DNA of 64,000 nucleotides, taken from assembly GCF_037042905.1 (NCBI RefSeq), contig NC_087259.1, forward strand, positions 23,126,001 through 23,190,000, in the 5' to 3' direction. Of this stretch, positions 63,677 through 64,000 are shown in pieces. The DNA is from Lytechinus pictus. Lineage: Eukaryota. Each line of letters begins with the position of its first letter. The first letter of the stretch is position 1. Under the pieces are notes generated by a model. The model was not told the origin of the DNA. It worked only from the letters and a program-made list of their open reading frames with translations, and ran no database searches. A program made the position numbers and the translations under genes.

Positions 63677-63920
63677 NNNNNNNNNNNNNNNNNNNNNNNN
63701 NNNNNNNNNNNNNNNNNNNNNNNNNNNNNNNNNNNNNNNNNNNNNNNNNNNNNNNNNNNNNNNNNNNNNNNNNNNNNNNNNNNNNNNNNNNNNNNNNNNN
63801 NNNNNNNNNNNNNNNNNNNNNNNNNNNNNNNNNNNNNNNNNNNNNNNNNNNNNNNNNNNNNNNNNNNNNNNNNNNNNNNNNNNNNNNNNNNNNNNNNNNN
63901 NNNNNNNNNNNNNNNNNNNN
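63677..63920. other. Assembly gap
   Basis: Run of N. Confidence 1.
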
Positions 63921-64000
63921 ATAATGACCACTTCTACAACCTACTACTTGTAGTACTATATTCTGGCTTACACTAGTGTTCCACTACTACTATTCTACTT

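Overview
AT-rich, intron-rich animal genomic DNA. The repeat families and gene types suggest an invertebrate deuterostome, probably a sea urchin; this is inference only. There are three assembly gaps. Two host genes were rebuilt by hand from splice sites and lie head-to-head. The minus-strand gene has 4 coding exons (15562->13431) and encodes a ~136-aa secreted protein with one EGF domain. The plus-strand gene (24037->beyond 63516) encodes signal peptide + CUB + 2 LDLa + LRRNT + >=8 LRRs, the ectodomain of a GRL101/LGR-like receptor; no 7TM region is present in the window. One receptor intron has grown from ~0.54 kb to 27.7 kb through two large insertions. The first is an 8.6-kb non-autonomous Polinton/Maverick-like element: AGTAGT ends, 6-bp TSD, ~2.37-kb TIRs carrying telomere-like repeats, and one central C2H2 gene split by a MITE. 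The second is an 18.5-kb CACTA/EnSpm-type element: CCC ends, 2-bp TSD, a spliced coiled-coil/BEN-like gene and many nested TEs. Other notable items are a probable 7SL (Alu-domain)-headed SINE with a TSD, a tRNA-containing partial-tandem retroposon, and an 8-kb hierarchical satellite whose core motif matches a Helitron-like 3' terminus. All calls were made by eye; no database searches were run.
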